Assembly: GCA_023205875.1 (NCBI GenBank)
Contig: CP060755.1
Location: 1,612,001-1,676,000 of the forward strand
DNA length: 64,000 nucleotides
Direction of reading: 5' to 3'
Origin: Chloropicon primus
Taxonomy: Eukaryota
Positions within the stretch are counted from its first letter, which is position 1; each line of letters opens with the position of its first letter. Positions 34,990 through 45,047 of this stretch are shown here, piece by piece. The position numbers and the translations under genes were made by a program. The notes under the pieces were generated by a model. That model was not told the origin of the DNA. It saw nothing but the letters and a program-made list of their open reading frames with translations, and did not search any database.

Positions 34990-37900
34990 ATGGCGTCGTC
35001 GATCGCGAGGGTCGAGACCCTGCGTCGGGGAGCGCAGGGCGTCACGGTTTCGTGGTCGTGGAAGGGCGTTTCCTCCCCCTCTTCTTCGGCACTCATCACG
35101 GACCTGTACCTCCAGGTGGTCCCTGCGAAGGGCACCGAGTCCCTGCGAAGGGCGGTCGTGGACAAGCTCTTCTCGCGGTGGGTGAGATCCGAGGCCTCGG
35201 AGGACCTACCGACCTCCGCGGGAAATGGCCAGATGATTCACTTCCAGGTGAGCGAAGCGGAGCAGGGGGAGAGGAAGAAGCGCATCACGCTGGTGCCCAA
35301 CTGCACGTACGAGATCTCGATCGGGGTAATCACGAGCGAGCGATACGTCCAGAGGAGCAACGTAAGCCGGGTGAGGTTGGGGTTCGTGGTCCTGTGCGTG
35401 GCGGGGTCCGGGGACCTCTCCAAGTCGAGCCGGAAGTCGAGAAGGTTGGATCTCGGCCGGAGCTCCCTCCTGTGCAGGGCGACGACGACGGTGGAGCCCC
35501 CTTCCACCAGGCTGTCGGGCGCCACGAGAGATCCGAGGGGGGAAGCGAGTTGGCACGACGAGGAGGGCGTCAAGCTGGCCGCGTCCTCGTCCTCTGCTGG
35601 CGACCACGAGCTCAGCAACTCCTGGAACCAAGCCCAGGGGCTCAGCATCACGGCGCTCCGGATGGGGGACTTGGAGCCCGTGTACCACAAATGCTTCTCG
35701 ACGTACGACTACCGAGACGATTTCGTGAGCTCCTCGGCAGTGGCCCAGCTCTACACGGAGCTCTCGGAGGTCGGGCGCATCCGGGAGATCATGAGCTCGA
35801 AGGAAGAGAAACATCTGTGGGTCATCGCCTCCTGCGGGGGTTGGGAGGTGTCGAGCAAGTCCAAGCAGCTCGGGAGTTTGCTGTCGAACTTCGTGCTGGA
35901 CCTGGGAGCCTCCGAGGAGGAGGCCAAGAATCTTTCTGAGGCCTCTTTGCGGAAGGGCTCCGCCTCGGGCAGGGGGTGCAGGCCCTTTGCCTTCGTGGGG
36001 GCGTCGCCCGTCTCGTCCACCAGAGCGTTTTTGCTGCCCGAGTGGGCGAAGAACGGCTACACGGATGCGGAGATTCAAGTCTGCCTCTCTTTTGACGAGG
36101 ACAACTGGTTTCCTGCTTTCAAGAGGACGGGAGGCCACTGGCAAGTTTGGACCGGAGTCCCTGAGGAGGCCAGGAGCGACAAGACATTCGAGAGAGTGCG
36201 CACCTCCAACGACTTGAAACTGAGAAGGAACCACGTCGTCATCAACGAGCTGGAGGAGATCTGCAAGCACTTTGCGCACCTGTCGGACGACCGAAGCTTC
36301 GTGCCCTTCGACCTTACCCAGTTCCTTCACATCATTTTTGACATGATCAAGGGCTACGATTACGGAAAAGACCCCGCTGGGCCCAAGGGGAGCGACGCGA
36401 TCGAAGGCGAAAGCCCTTCCCTTGGAATCCACGACCCAGAATGCCCCTCCCCGCGAGCATTCATGGGTGCGGTGGCTTGCCTGTCAGTCGAGCTGGAGTC
36501 TGTCCTCACGAAATTGCTGCAGAACTTTCCCCAACTCGCGTGCCAGTTGGTGGAGGCAGGAGCCGTCGAATTCTTGGTCGCCCGGATCAGCATGCACTGC
36601 GGATTCAGCAAAAGCGGGACGGCCAACAGCCTTCGGCTCTTGGTCGCTTTGGCTTCGGAGAAGATCGAGGAAGCTTTCTCTCCCAGGAAGCATTCGGGTG
36701 ATGGCTGCCCGATGTTGCTGGAGTACTCCAAGAATGCGCAGCCTCGATTGCTGGCGGAGATCCACCGCAGGGGGGGGGTCCTCGCGGCGTCCGTGAATTT
36801 TGAACGCTACTGGGTAGAGGCCGCCCACTCTGAGAATCCTTTGCCAGACTACGGACTGATGCAGAGGTTAGCTGTGTTCATGCTTCAAGTTGCAGAGATG
36901 AGAACGTCCGTGGTGAGCATCTCCTTCTCACGCGAAAATCGTTTCGGGGAAAGACAGAGCTTTGCCGTGAATGCCATCCAGTCCAGACTTCCCATCTCCC
37001 CGAAGTGCAAGGTTGTTCACCCAAAGGGCAAGGTGGTGGTGGCAGACGTGACTTTCATGCAGAATCAATTCGAGCCAGAGAAGGTCCAGGCATGGGGGCC
37101 GGGCTGGGCGAGCAGCGGGGAGCTGCTGGGTTTCTCCGACCCCTGCCTCTGCCTGTTCAAGGACTCCGTTGTCGTCATCCCCGCCGCGAGGGACTGGAAC
37201 ACGCATTGCGCCATTGTACTCCAAGCATGTCGGCTCGTCTGGATAGCCGGCTGCGCTGGAGCAGTCGGGGTGGTTTTTGTTTGGCCGGGGCCGCTGGTCC
37301 AGCAAATGTACCCGAACCTGAACTTCTCCCACCTCACAGAGATTCCCGCTTACATCGTCCCGTCGTCGTCGGAGATCTCCGGAGTCGTGGAAGGAATCCC
37401 CGGTGATGGAGCGGTGGCGGAAATGTCTTTGCTCTACAGCGCGGATGACCGCAAGCAGGCGCTAGAATACGAAGTTCTCGCGCAAGAGGAGGGGCTGTCG
37501 TCCACGGCAACACAACTCTGGGAGGAGTTCTCCATCTGCCTGAAGAGAATTTTGTGCTGTGCGCCGGAATGCTATGAGGACAAGAAAAGGCCGATAAGGG
37601 TGCTGACTCTAGATGGAGGTGGCGCGAAGGGCATCAGCACGATCTGCATGCTGAAGGAGATATCCAAGGCAATCGAAGACGAAGAAGTGGGGGGAAATCG
37701 GTCCAAGGATCGCCAGAAGAGGAGTCTGGCACAGCATTTTGATTTGGTCGTTGGAACGAGTGCGGGAGGCATCATCGCCATGGCGCTGGGTTCCGGCATG
37801 GCCCTCGATGAAATGGAGAACTTCTTCAACAAGAGCGTGCGCGAAATCTTCGCTTCGAGGGACACCTACTGGGACCAGCTTCAGCGAGGTCCAGGAGCTT

Positions 37901-38742
37901 CTGCTGCCAGGCGACTCGAGGAGCTGATAAAGGAAGAGTGGCCAAAGAGGACCCCATTCCCCTGCTCAGCCGACTCGCCTTCTGTAAGCATACCGTATCA
38001 CCGGCCGCAAAAGAATTCTGGGGACCTTCCAGGCATTTGCATGCTGACCACGCTCGTGTCCCGGGAGCCCAGTCGATGTTGCATGCTGAAGAGCTACATC
38101 TCAAACGGTGATCACAGTATTCCTTACCTTCCGGCGGTTCATAGGGCGACCATCCTGCAGTGCATTCGTGCTACCAGCGCGGCTCCCTATTACCTTGAAG
38201 AGCAGCTGTGCCACAAGGACGTGTGCACGGGAAAGTTTTACTCAAGTGATGATACCAGTAGTGTGGACTTGGGCTCAGTCCCTAAGTTGAAGACAGAGTC
38301 CTTCCTGGATTCCGTCCACCTTGAGCCCGTCATAAGCACTTACAGATTCGTTGACGGCGCCATTTCGGTCAATAACCCGACCTGCGCCGCAATCTTAGAA
38401 GCCAGAGCTCTTTACCCCGACCACCCGCTGGTCATCGTGTCCCTTGGGACTGGCAATGGCCTAGCACGCGTGCCCATCAAGACCTATCCGGCCGGGGTTG
38501 GCGTCGTCCTGCAAAATTTAATTACTAGCGTGTCTGATGTCAGCCTCGCAGACTCGTTCGCAGAGCATATGGTTGGGAAGGAGGATGCCTACTTTCGCTT
38601 CTGCCCCACTGGAGACTGCTTCAACGCGGACCTGGGAACGAAGGATCCCGAGGTGTTGTCTCTCATGCAGGCGGAGGCGAAAGCGTACATGAAGCGTCCC
38701 GGCGTGAGGGCAAAGCTCCAAGAGTTGTTGTGTCTGCTCTGA
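34990..38742 (+). CDS. Multidomain patatin-like phospholipase (pPLAI/iPLA2-gamma-like)
   Basis: LTLDGGGAKG, GTSAG nucleophile, RATSAAPYY, FVDGAISVNNP, VSLGTG in the C-terminal third; long N-terminal region. Confidence 0.88.
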   Translation: MASSIARVETLRRGAQGVTVSWSWKGVSSPSSSALITDLYLQVVPAKGTESLRRAVVDKLFSRWVRSEASEDLPTSAGNGQMIHFQVSEAEQGERKKRITLVPNCTYEISIGVITSERYVQRSNVSRVRLGFVVLCVAGSGDLSKSSRKSRRLDLGRSSLLCRATTTVEPPSTRLSGATRDPRGEASWHDEEGVKLAASSSSAGDHELSNSWNQAQGLSITALRMGDLEPVYHKCFSTYDYRDDFVSSSAVAQLYTELSEVGRIREIMSSKEEKHLWVIASCGGWEVSSKSKQLGSLLSNFVLDLGASEEEAKNLSEASLRKGSASGRGCRPFAFVGASPVSSTRAFLLPEWAKNGYTDAEIQVCLSFDEDNWFPAFKRTGGHWQVWTGVPEEARSDKTFERVRTSNDLKLRRNHVVINELEEICKHFAHLSDDRSFVPFDLTQFLHIIFDMIKGYDYGKDPAGPKGSDAIEGESPSLGIHDPECPSPRAFMGAVACLSVELESVLTKLLQNFPQLACQLVEAGAVEFLVARISMHCGFSKSGTANSLRLLVALASEKIEEAFSPRKHSGDGCPMLLEYSKNAQPRLLAEIHRRGGVLAASVNFERYWVEAAHSENPLPDYGLMQRLAVFMLQVAEMRTSVVSISFSRENRFGERQSFAVNAIQSRLPISPKCKVVHPKGKVVVADVTFMQNQFEPEKVQAWGPGWASSGELLGFSDPCLCLFKDSVVVIPAARDWNTHCAIVLQACRLVWIAGCAGAVGVVFVWPGPLVQQMYPNLNFSHLTEIPAYIVPSSSEISGVVEGIPGDGAVAEMSLLYSADDRKQALEYEVLAQEEGLSSTATQLWEEFSICLKRILCCAPECYEDKKRPIRVLTLDGGGAKGISTICMLKEISKAIEDEEVGGNRSKDRQKRSLAQHFDLVVGTSAGGIIAMALGSGMALDEMENFFNKSVREIFASRDTYWDQLQRGPGASAARRLEELIKEEWPKRTPFPCSADSPSVSIPYHRPQKNSGDLPGICMLTTLVSREPSRCCMLKSYISNGDHSIPYLPAVHRATILQCIRATSAAPYYLEEQLCHKDVCTGKFYSSDDTSSVDLGSVPKLKTESFLDSVHLEPVISTYRFVDGAISVNNPTCAAILEARALYPDHPLVIVSLGTGNGLARVPIKTYPAGVGVVLQNLITSVSDVSLADSFAEHMVGKEDAYFRFCPTGDCFNADLGTKDPEVLSLMQAEAKAYMKRPGVRAKLQELLCLL

Positions 38743-38785
38743 GCTGGGAATACACTACTCCGCATGCGCTCCAGGAGCGTCCTGT

Positions 38786-40180
38786 ACTACGACCTCCTCG
38801 TGAAGTGACTGCTCTTGGCGTGGGTGCCTACAGAGGGAATTGAGAATATACCGGTGATGTGACAACCTTTTTTGTGACATAATCTTTTCCGTGTTCGTCT
38901 TTTCCCGTGCCGCATGGATTGTCTTCGTCGATATCGATCGAACATGTCATGGATGGATGGATGGATGGATGGAGGGCCTCCAGCCTCCTTTCCTTTCCTT
39001 CCCGGCCCACAGATCAGATCTTTTCCCTTTCCCCTCCCTTCCCTCTCCGAACGAACGTTATTCAATCAAATAACGAATAACGTACGAAATTTGGTTTTGG
39101 AGGCGGGCAGAGGAGACCACAGCACTCGGGCGGCAAAAAGGCGCGTCCACAGGCGTTGCCGCAGGAGGACGCGGAGGACGCAGGGTTTGCCTCGTCTCAC
39201 TCCCGCCCTGGGTCATTCTCAACAGGGAAGGGTAGCGCACGACGCGACCACGAAGAGGAAGAGGAAGAGGTCTCGGTCGATTGAGCGACACCATACACAA
39301 GCGATGTGCAGCACGGTCGCTCGTCGAAGCGGCCTCCGTCCTCTGGACTTGAACAACCCCAACAAGATCTGCAGGGAGGTTCTCTCGGAGCTTCGGGGGA
39401 GGCCTGACGCGACGCGGGTCAATCACCTGAAGACCATCTTCGACGCGGCCGAGTCCATCAAAGTGCTGACGTGCAACCACTGCGTCGAGTGCTGCAACCC
39501 GCCGCTCTGCACGGAGGCGGACGGGAGGGAGCTGGCGTCGCTGGAGCACTTGAGGGGAGTCGTCCACCACGCCGCGCCGAACGTGAGGTCACAGAGGGTG
39601 GGAATGCCTCCCCTCACCGCACCGGACGCCGCGAGCGTGGACGCCGCCCCCTCGGCGCTCTGGCGGAGGAGGGCGGGGGCCCGCGGGGGCCTTCGGCGGC
39701 TGGCGCTGCCCGACTCGTACACGAACATACCGAGGATTTTCCAGGAAATCCTCCTGGTGAGCGACAGCGCGCGGAGGACGACGACTCCTCTCGCACGGCT
39801 CTTGCCGAGGAGCGTCGGCGAGGAGAACGTCCCGCCTCGACAGCGGAAGAGCGGGAAGAGGAAGAGGTCCCTCGCCGAGATCGAGACGAAGGACGTGAGT
39901 TTCTCCAGGAGCCAGAGCCTCTGCTCCGACTTCTCGACGGAGTTCCGCTTCGAGGGCGTCGCGGACGGGTCCCCGGATTCCGTGGGGACTCTCTCGAACC
40001 AGAATCCGGGGGAGAGGGAGTGCCAACCCGCCAAGCTCAGACTGAAGGGGATCCTGGCCTCTTACCGCATGCTCTCGCACATGATGGAGCTCGGCAAGGC
40101 GCTTGGGACGGTCGCTGCGCGGCACTAAGTGAGGGGCCGCCCGGACCACGAGCTGCGATGATCCACGGAAGTGGGTGGAT
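38786..40180 (+). repeat. 1395-bp direct repeat, copy 2
   Basis: Copy of 33289-34683, including the last codons of the OTU gene. Confidence 0.97.
39304..40128 (+). CDS. Hypothetical 274-aa protein, copy 2
   Basis: Identical translation to 33807-34631. Confidence 0.6.
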   Translation: MCSTVARRSGLRPLDLNNPNKICREVLSELRGRPDATRVNHLKTIFDAAESIKVLTCNHCVECCNPPLCTEADGRELASLEHLRGVVHHAAPNVRSQRVGMPPLTAPDAASVDAAPSALWRRRAGARGGLRRLALPDSYTNIPRIFQEILLVSDSARRTTTPLARLLPRSVGEENVPPRQRKSGKRKRSLAEIETKDVSFSRSQSLCSDFSTEFRFEGVADGSPDSVGTLSNQNPGERECQPAKLRLKGILASYRMLSHMMELGKALGTVAARH

Positions 40181-40394
40181 GGAAATACACAAAAAATACT
40201 GCCCCCAAGCAGGAGGGGCGGAGCGTGATGAATCGTGAATCAGTATAAAATTACAGTATTATTATTATTTTCAATCGGCTTTGGATCTTTTCTAGCTCCA
40301 GGCAAGGTTGCCGAGCGAGAGTACTCTGGCTCTGCTGGGACGCGAAACACCAGTTTTCTCGAGCAAACTTGACAAGATTGTGTTTGTGGCGAAG

Positions 40395-41401
40395 CTATCC
40401 CGCTTTCTTTCTCGATTTCACAGAGACGTTCAAGATGTCCGGGATGGACACCTGCACGCTCTTCCCCATGGTTGTACACAGGCTGACCGACTTGATGTAG
40501 CCCTGAACGCCACTTCCCTTGACCCCCTTGGGCCTGGCAAGCATGATGGCACTGAAGAAAGCCGCGACGTTATCTACGAGAGCATCTCTGTCCAGGTCAA
40601 CTTTGCCCAGGCCAGCGTGTATCACTGCGCCCTTGTCCTGCCTGAAGTCGACCCTTCCCTTCTTGAACTCGGTTATTGTGGAGACCACGTCGTCCGTCAC
40701 TGTGCCCTTCTTCGGGTTTGGCATGAGACCCTTTGGACCCAAAACCCTTCCAAGCTTGGCAACTTTCGGCATCATGTTAGGAGTCGCCACGAGCTTGTCG
40801 AAATCCAGCATACCTCCCGCAATCTCCTTGATGAGGTCCTCGCCCCCCGCCAAGTCCGCCCCCGCCTCCTGCAAAGGCAAAGGAAACACCAGGAAAATGG
40901 AGTGAGTGGGAGAGTGTGCGAATTGCACAAAGAGGTGGAGACTCACCTTGGCCTTCTCCAGCTTATCGAAGTCGTCCGTGAGCACCGCGACCTTGGTCTG
41001 CTTCCCCGTGCCGTGGGGCAACAGGGCGGAGCCGCGAACAATGTGATCCGACCTAAGTCACAAATGGGAAAGCACAGAATTAGCAAAGTCAGCGATCTGA
41101 ACAGTGAAGCAAAAGCAAAGCAAGGATTTGATACTAACCTCTTCGGGTCCGTCGCGAGGTTGACGTGGACCTCTAGGGTCTCCGTGAACTTGGCCTTCGC
41201 CTCCGCCAGGGCCTTGGAGACGGCTTGGTCGAGGGGGACTGTTTCATCCTTCCTCTCGCCAGCCTGGGTGGCGAACAGAACGGACCCAACCGCGCCGTCC
41301 GCCTTCGACAGGAGGAAGGACGCCGGGACGGTCCTTCCAACGTTGTCGAGGCTCCAGGTCGGTTGGCGCGAGGCACCGAGTCTCAGCAGTCGAGCAAGCA
41401 T
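40395..41401 (-). CDS. Organellar (probably mitochondrial) ribosomal protein uL1, 3 exons (41401-41139, 41052-40947, 40868-40395)
   Basis: AKFTETLEVHVNL, spliced DPKR|SDHIVRGSALLPHGTGK, LGRVLGPKGLMPNPKKGTVT, TTMGKSV. Presequence MLARLLRLG. Confidence 0.92.
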
Positions 41402-41540
41402 ATCGCCTCTCCTCTCTTTGTTTTTCTCTCTCAAGCGCTCGCCGGATTTTCCCGGTTGGGAGCCGGAGAGCCGATGAGCGATAGAGGAGGGAGAGCCTTG
41501 AGCAAGGAAGAGTGTCTTTGTTTGGTACAAAAATATATTT

Positions 41541-42707
41541 TTACTGCAATGGGTAAAAGGCAACCCCTTGGGCGATGGGCCTGACTGTTCTCACGTAGCC
41601 GGCCGAGATTGCGTTGAAATCGGCATCCAAGCCGATGGATATCTCCGCCGTGCCACTGGGATGTCTGATCGAGACGTCTGTCGTGCTCTCTGGCTCACCG
41701 AGTGGGCGGGAGACAAGGGACTGAGCCAGAGATCCCTCCGTCAGGCATGCCGCGGCGATGCACTGGGCTGCTGTCATGGCCAGACTGTAGTGCAAGTCTC
41801 GGTGACGCGGGTCCGTGAAGTATCGCACGCTGATGTCATCGTCCCCTCGCGCGCTCGACAGAACCGCAATCTTCGGCGACGTCTCTGCGGACACGTCGCC
41901 CATCCCCATCAGCCTGGCCGCCCCCCGGCGGAGATTCTCCATCCTCTCGTTGAGCTCCACATCGGCGTCGCACTCCTCTTTGGTCTCCTCGCCGGTCATC
42001 CCCACGTCGCTCGCTTTGCACAGCACCATGGGCCGAGAGAAATCGATGCAGCTCACTTCGATGCCGCCCACCTCGTCAACGGCGTTACCCGTCGGAAGAA
42101 TGCCGCGACCCAGCGTTCCTGCCATCCCCCGGGCCCTCACGCTCACAGGGGCGCAGCTGCCAGGCACCCCACTGATGGCTTGGTTCCCACTGTAGCGCAC
42201 GCGGATTCCCCCCGCTTCATTCTCCGTCTGCACCTCTATCTCGTACCTTGTCCCGGTGTTCAGCGACCTGAGCTTGACCGTCGTCGAGGGGCACGTCAGG
42301 CCCTTTCTTACCAGGCCTTTCTCAATCGCGAAAGCCCCGACAGAGGGAAGCATGTTGCCGCAGTCTCCATGGGTCGTATCGACTCCAAAACTTTCGATCT
42401 CGCTCTGCACGAACTTAATAAGAACGTCCTCCTCAGCATCCTCGTTCGCGCTCTCCACGATCACGGATTTGTTCGTCGACGAACGCCCCCCACCTATCCC
42501 ATCGACGCCATACACGTGCCCGCTCCCCACCAGCCTTGCCGCGATGAGCTCGCTCCGATGATCCAGTCCACCGTCCGCCGCGTCCTCCACCTGCGTTCTA
42601 ACGAGGGCATTGAAGGACGCTGGAACTCTCTCGAGGTCGCTCCGAAGGAACAGAGGGCCTTTCGAAGTCCCTGACCTGAACAGCATGAAGGGCACCCGCG
42701 CCATCAT
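41541..42707 (-). CDS. PrpF/AcnD-accessory family isomerase (aconitate/methylaconitate/oxalomesaconate isomerase-like)
   Basis: FRSGTSKG (family MRGGTSKG), VDGIGGG..STNK, DCGNM catalytic Cys, ISGVPGS, LPTGN, PKIAV, IRHPSG, RTVRPI. Intronless. Confidence 0.88.
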   Translation of the reverse strand: MMARVPFMLFRSGTSKGPLFLRSDLERVPASFNALVRTQVEDAADGGLDHRSELIAARLVGSGHVYGVDGIGGGRSSTNKSVIVESANEDAEEDVLIKFVQSEIESFGVDTTHGDCGNMLPSVGAFAIEKGLVRKGLTCPSTTVKLRSLNTGTRYEIEVQTENEAGGIRVRYSGNQAISGVPGSCAPVSVRARGMAGTLGRGILPTGNAVDEVGGIEVSCIDFSRPMVLCKASDVGMTGEETKEECDADVELNERMENLRRGAARLMGMGDVSAETSPKIAVLSSARGDDDISVRYFTDPRHRDLHYSLAMTAAQCIAAACLTEGSLAQSLVSRPLGEPESTTDVSIRHPSGTAEISIGLDADFNAISAGYVRTVRPIAQGVAFYPLQ

Positions 42708-42861
42708 GGTGGGAACTCGTCCTCTCTCGTTCGTTCCCCTCCCTCAATTTATGTTTCGGGTCGGTGGGTCAGAATTTCGTCGTCGTCGTCGTCGTCGTTG
42801 GTCGTTGTCCTTGTCGTCGTTGTTGTCCTTGTCGTCGTTGTTGTTGCCAGACGCGAAGAGG

Positions 42862-44066
42862 ATGGTGAAGGAGATCGAGCCGTTTGAGTTGGAGAGGTTC
42901 TTCGCGATATGGGAGTTCAAAGCGAAGCACTTGCTTTGCTGCAGGTGAGTGAGTCTGGGACATTCAAAGTCATCCAGCAGCTGACCTCGTCTTCCTTTTT
43001 CTGCAGCGACTGCGAGCCGCTCGCGGTGAAGGATTTGCTCGAGCACGCGGACGGGGAGTGTAAGAAGCTCTGGGACGACATGGTTTTAGGGTATACCATG
43101 TCGAACGGTCGAGAGGAGCTCAGGAAGGAGATTGAGACCCTGTACAAGACCGTGAAGGCCGATGAGGTCAATATCGTGGTCCCGGAAGAGGGGATCTACC
43201 TGTCGATGATCGCACTGCTGAATGGGGGGGACCACGTCGTGTGCACCTATCCGGGCTACCAGTCCCTGTACGAGGTGGCGAGGTCCCTGGGGTGCCAGGT
43301 TCATTTCTGGATGCCTAGGATCAGTCCCGAGACCGGTGAGATCGATTTTCACCCTGAGGACTTGAAGGCCCTCCTGGATTCCGCACCCATCAAGTTGGTC
43401 GTGGTGAACTTTCCTCACAACCCAACGGGAAAGACGCTGACGCGGGAACAGCACTCGAGCGTCCTTGAGATGTGCGAGGGAAAAGGTTGCCACCTTTTCA
43501 GTGACGAGATGTACAGGCTCCTGGAGTACGAAGAGGACCGCACCCTGAGGAGCAACGTCGATTGCTACGACAAGGCGATCGTGCTAAGCGGGGTGTCAAA
43601 GAGTCTGAGCTGTCCTGGCCTGCGCATTGGTTGGATCACTTCCCACGATTCGGCGTTCATGAAGAGGCTCGCGGAGCTGAAGGACTACACCACGATCTGT
43701 CCCAGCGGCCCTAGCGAGGTCCTTGCCCTGATGGCCATCAGGCAGAGAGAAAGAATAGTGGGAGGGAACTTGAAGATCATTCGAGAAAACATTGCCCTTC
43801 TCGAGGGCTTTTGTGCCAAGCATCCCAAGCACATGAAGTGGGACCCTCCACAAGCCGGGTCCATCGCGTTCCCCAAGCTGCTGACGAGCGAGCCCATTGG
43901 GTCCTACTGCGAGAGGCTGGTGACTGAGCAGGACGTCCTGCTGCTGCCGTCTTCCGTTTATGGCGCTGACAACTTCACCAACGACAAGCGCGTGAGGTTT
44001 GGACTGGGAAGGGCGAACATCGCCGAGGGGCTTGACAGGCTGGGCAAATTCTTCTCTTCGCAATAA
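42862..44066 (+). CDS. PLP-dependent class I/II aminotransferase, 2 exons (42862-42944, 43007-44066)
   Basis: EPFELERFFAIWEF...CCS|DCE, NFPHNPTG, FSDEMY, SGVSKSLSCPGLRIGW (PLP Lys), RFGLGR. Confidence 0.92.
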
Positions 44067-44131
44067 TGTTACATCATGGGTATATATAGACACAGGATAC
44101 ACAAATATAAACGCACACAGTATTCTACAAC

Positions 44132-44912
44132 TCACGTGTCCATGCACATGCTGGCTTGCTTCTCCATCTTCTTCCTGTACCTCTGCTGCCTCTTCTCGGC
44201 GTCCGTGAGTTTCTTCTTCTTCTTCTTCTTCTGCTGCTGTTGTTGTTGTGCTCTGGTTCGGGTTGGTTCCGGTTCCTGACTTGCGGAAGCAAGTGTGTGC
44301 CTCAAGTGGTTTTGGACCGCCTTGAGGGGGTTCACTTGGAACACGGGGTGAGAGACCACGGCGGCCAGCCTCTCCTTCTCCTGGACGACGGAGGCCTTCT
44401 TCGGCGGCCTCTTGTTCTTCGCCACTCGAAAGCTCGACAACTCGTCCAGAGTCTCGCTGAATCCCGAAAAGGAGATAGGCTTCCGCTTGCCCTTCTTCTG
44501 CGAGTAAGTCGAACGAAGCAACGCAGGAGCGAGAGTGTCAGCGCAAGAAGGAGGACCACGCACGATCACAAAAAGGGATCAAGGGATGTAAGTGCCATTT
44601 CGACAACAAGCGTGCACGTGAACTACCGTGTTCCGGATTGACACTAGGTGATTTATCCTCGTTTCAAAGCATTCCGAGCAACCGAGAACCCGGAACGTCT
44701 GCCCAAGGAATACAGCGTGTGCTGCGTGCGTTTAAAGAGAGAGAGAGAGAGTGTGTGTGTGTGTGTGTGTGTGTTGTGGAAACACTCTTGTCCTTCCCTC
44801 TTACCTTTCCGATAGCCGCCTTCGCTCTGAGCGCGTCGGTCTTGGCCTGCTCGAGCCTTTGGGAGAAGGCCTCTTTCTTCCTCTTCCTCCTCTCCTTACT
44901 CGACCTCTTCAT
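44132..44912 (-). CDS. SLX9: SLX9/FAM207A-like 40S ribosome biogenesis factor, 2 exons (44912-44805, 44497-44132)
   Basis: KERRKRKKEAFSQRLE, and VVQEKERLAAVVSHPVFQVNPLKAVQNHL matching the SLX9 C-terminal motif. 307-nt GTAAG...CAG intron. Confidence 0.75.
44584..44710 (-). ncRNA. Intronic box H/ACA snoRNA, predicted guide for two 18S rRNA pseudouridines
   Basis: Hairpin 1 (UCCUUG/CGAGGA; CGUUCCGGG/CUCGGAAUG), H box AAAUCA (44654-44649), hairpin 2 (AGUGUCA/UGGCACU; AACA/UGUU), ACA at 44589-44587. Boxes lie 14-15 nt from the pockets, and the pockets complement 18S UUCAAA-UU-UCUGCCC and UUCGAU-UC-CGGA. Confidence 0.85.
44736..44774. repeat. Compound (GA)n(GT)n microsatellite in the SLX9 intron
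   Basis: Read directly from the sequence. Confidence 0.9.
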
Positions 44913-45047
44913 CTTTTGACCTCCTTCACATGGTTCGTGGTCCCCCGCCGCCACCCCTCGTTCTGGCTCGCCCTTCCCCTTGGGAATTCCCCCGGAGAGG
45001 CGAGAGAGAGAGTGGAGGCGAGGGGTGGGGTGGGGCTCGGCTCCGGC

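Noticed and set aside
33289..40180. LTR retrotransposon or composite transposon interpretation of the direct repeats
   Set aside because: No TG...CA ends, PBS, gag/pol or transposase; the repeat contains ordinary host gene sequence.
38745..40190. Possible target-site duplication TGGGAATACAC (38745) / TGGAAATACAC (40180)
   Set aside because: One mismatch, and the left copy lies ~25 bp from the junction; may be chance.
40224..40300. GTGATGA C-box-like motif after repeat copy 2
   Set aside because: No downstream D box (CTGA) at a suitable distance.
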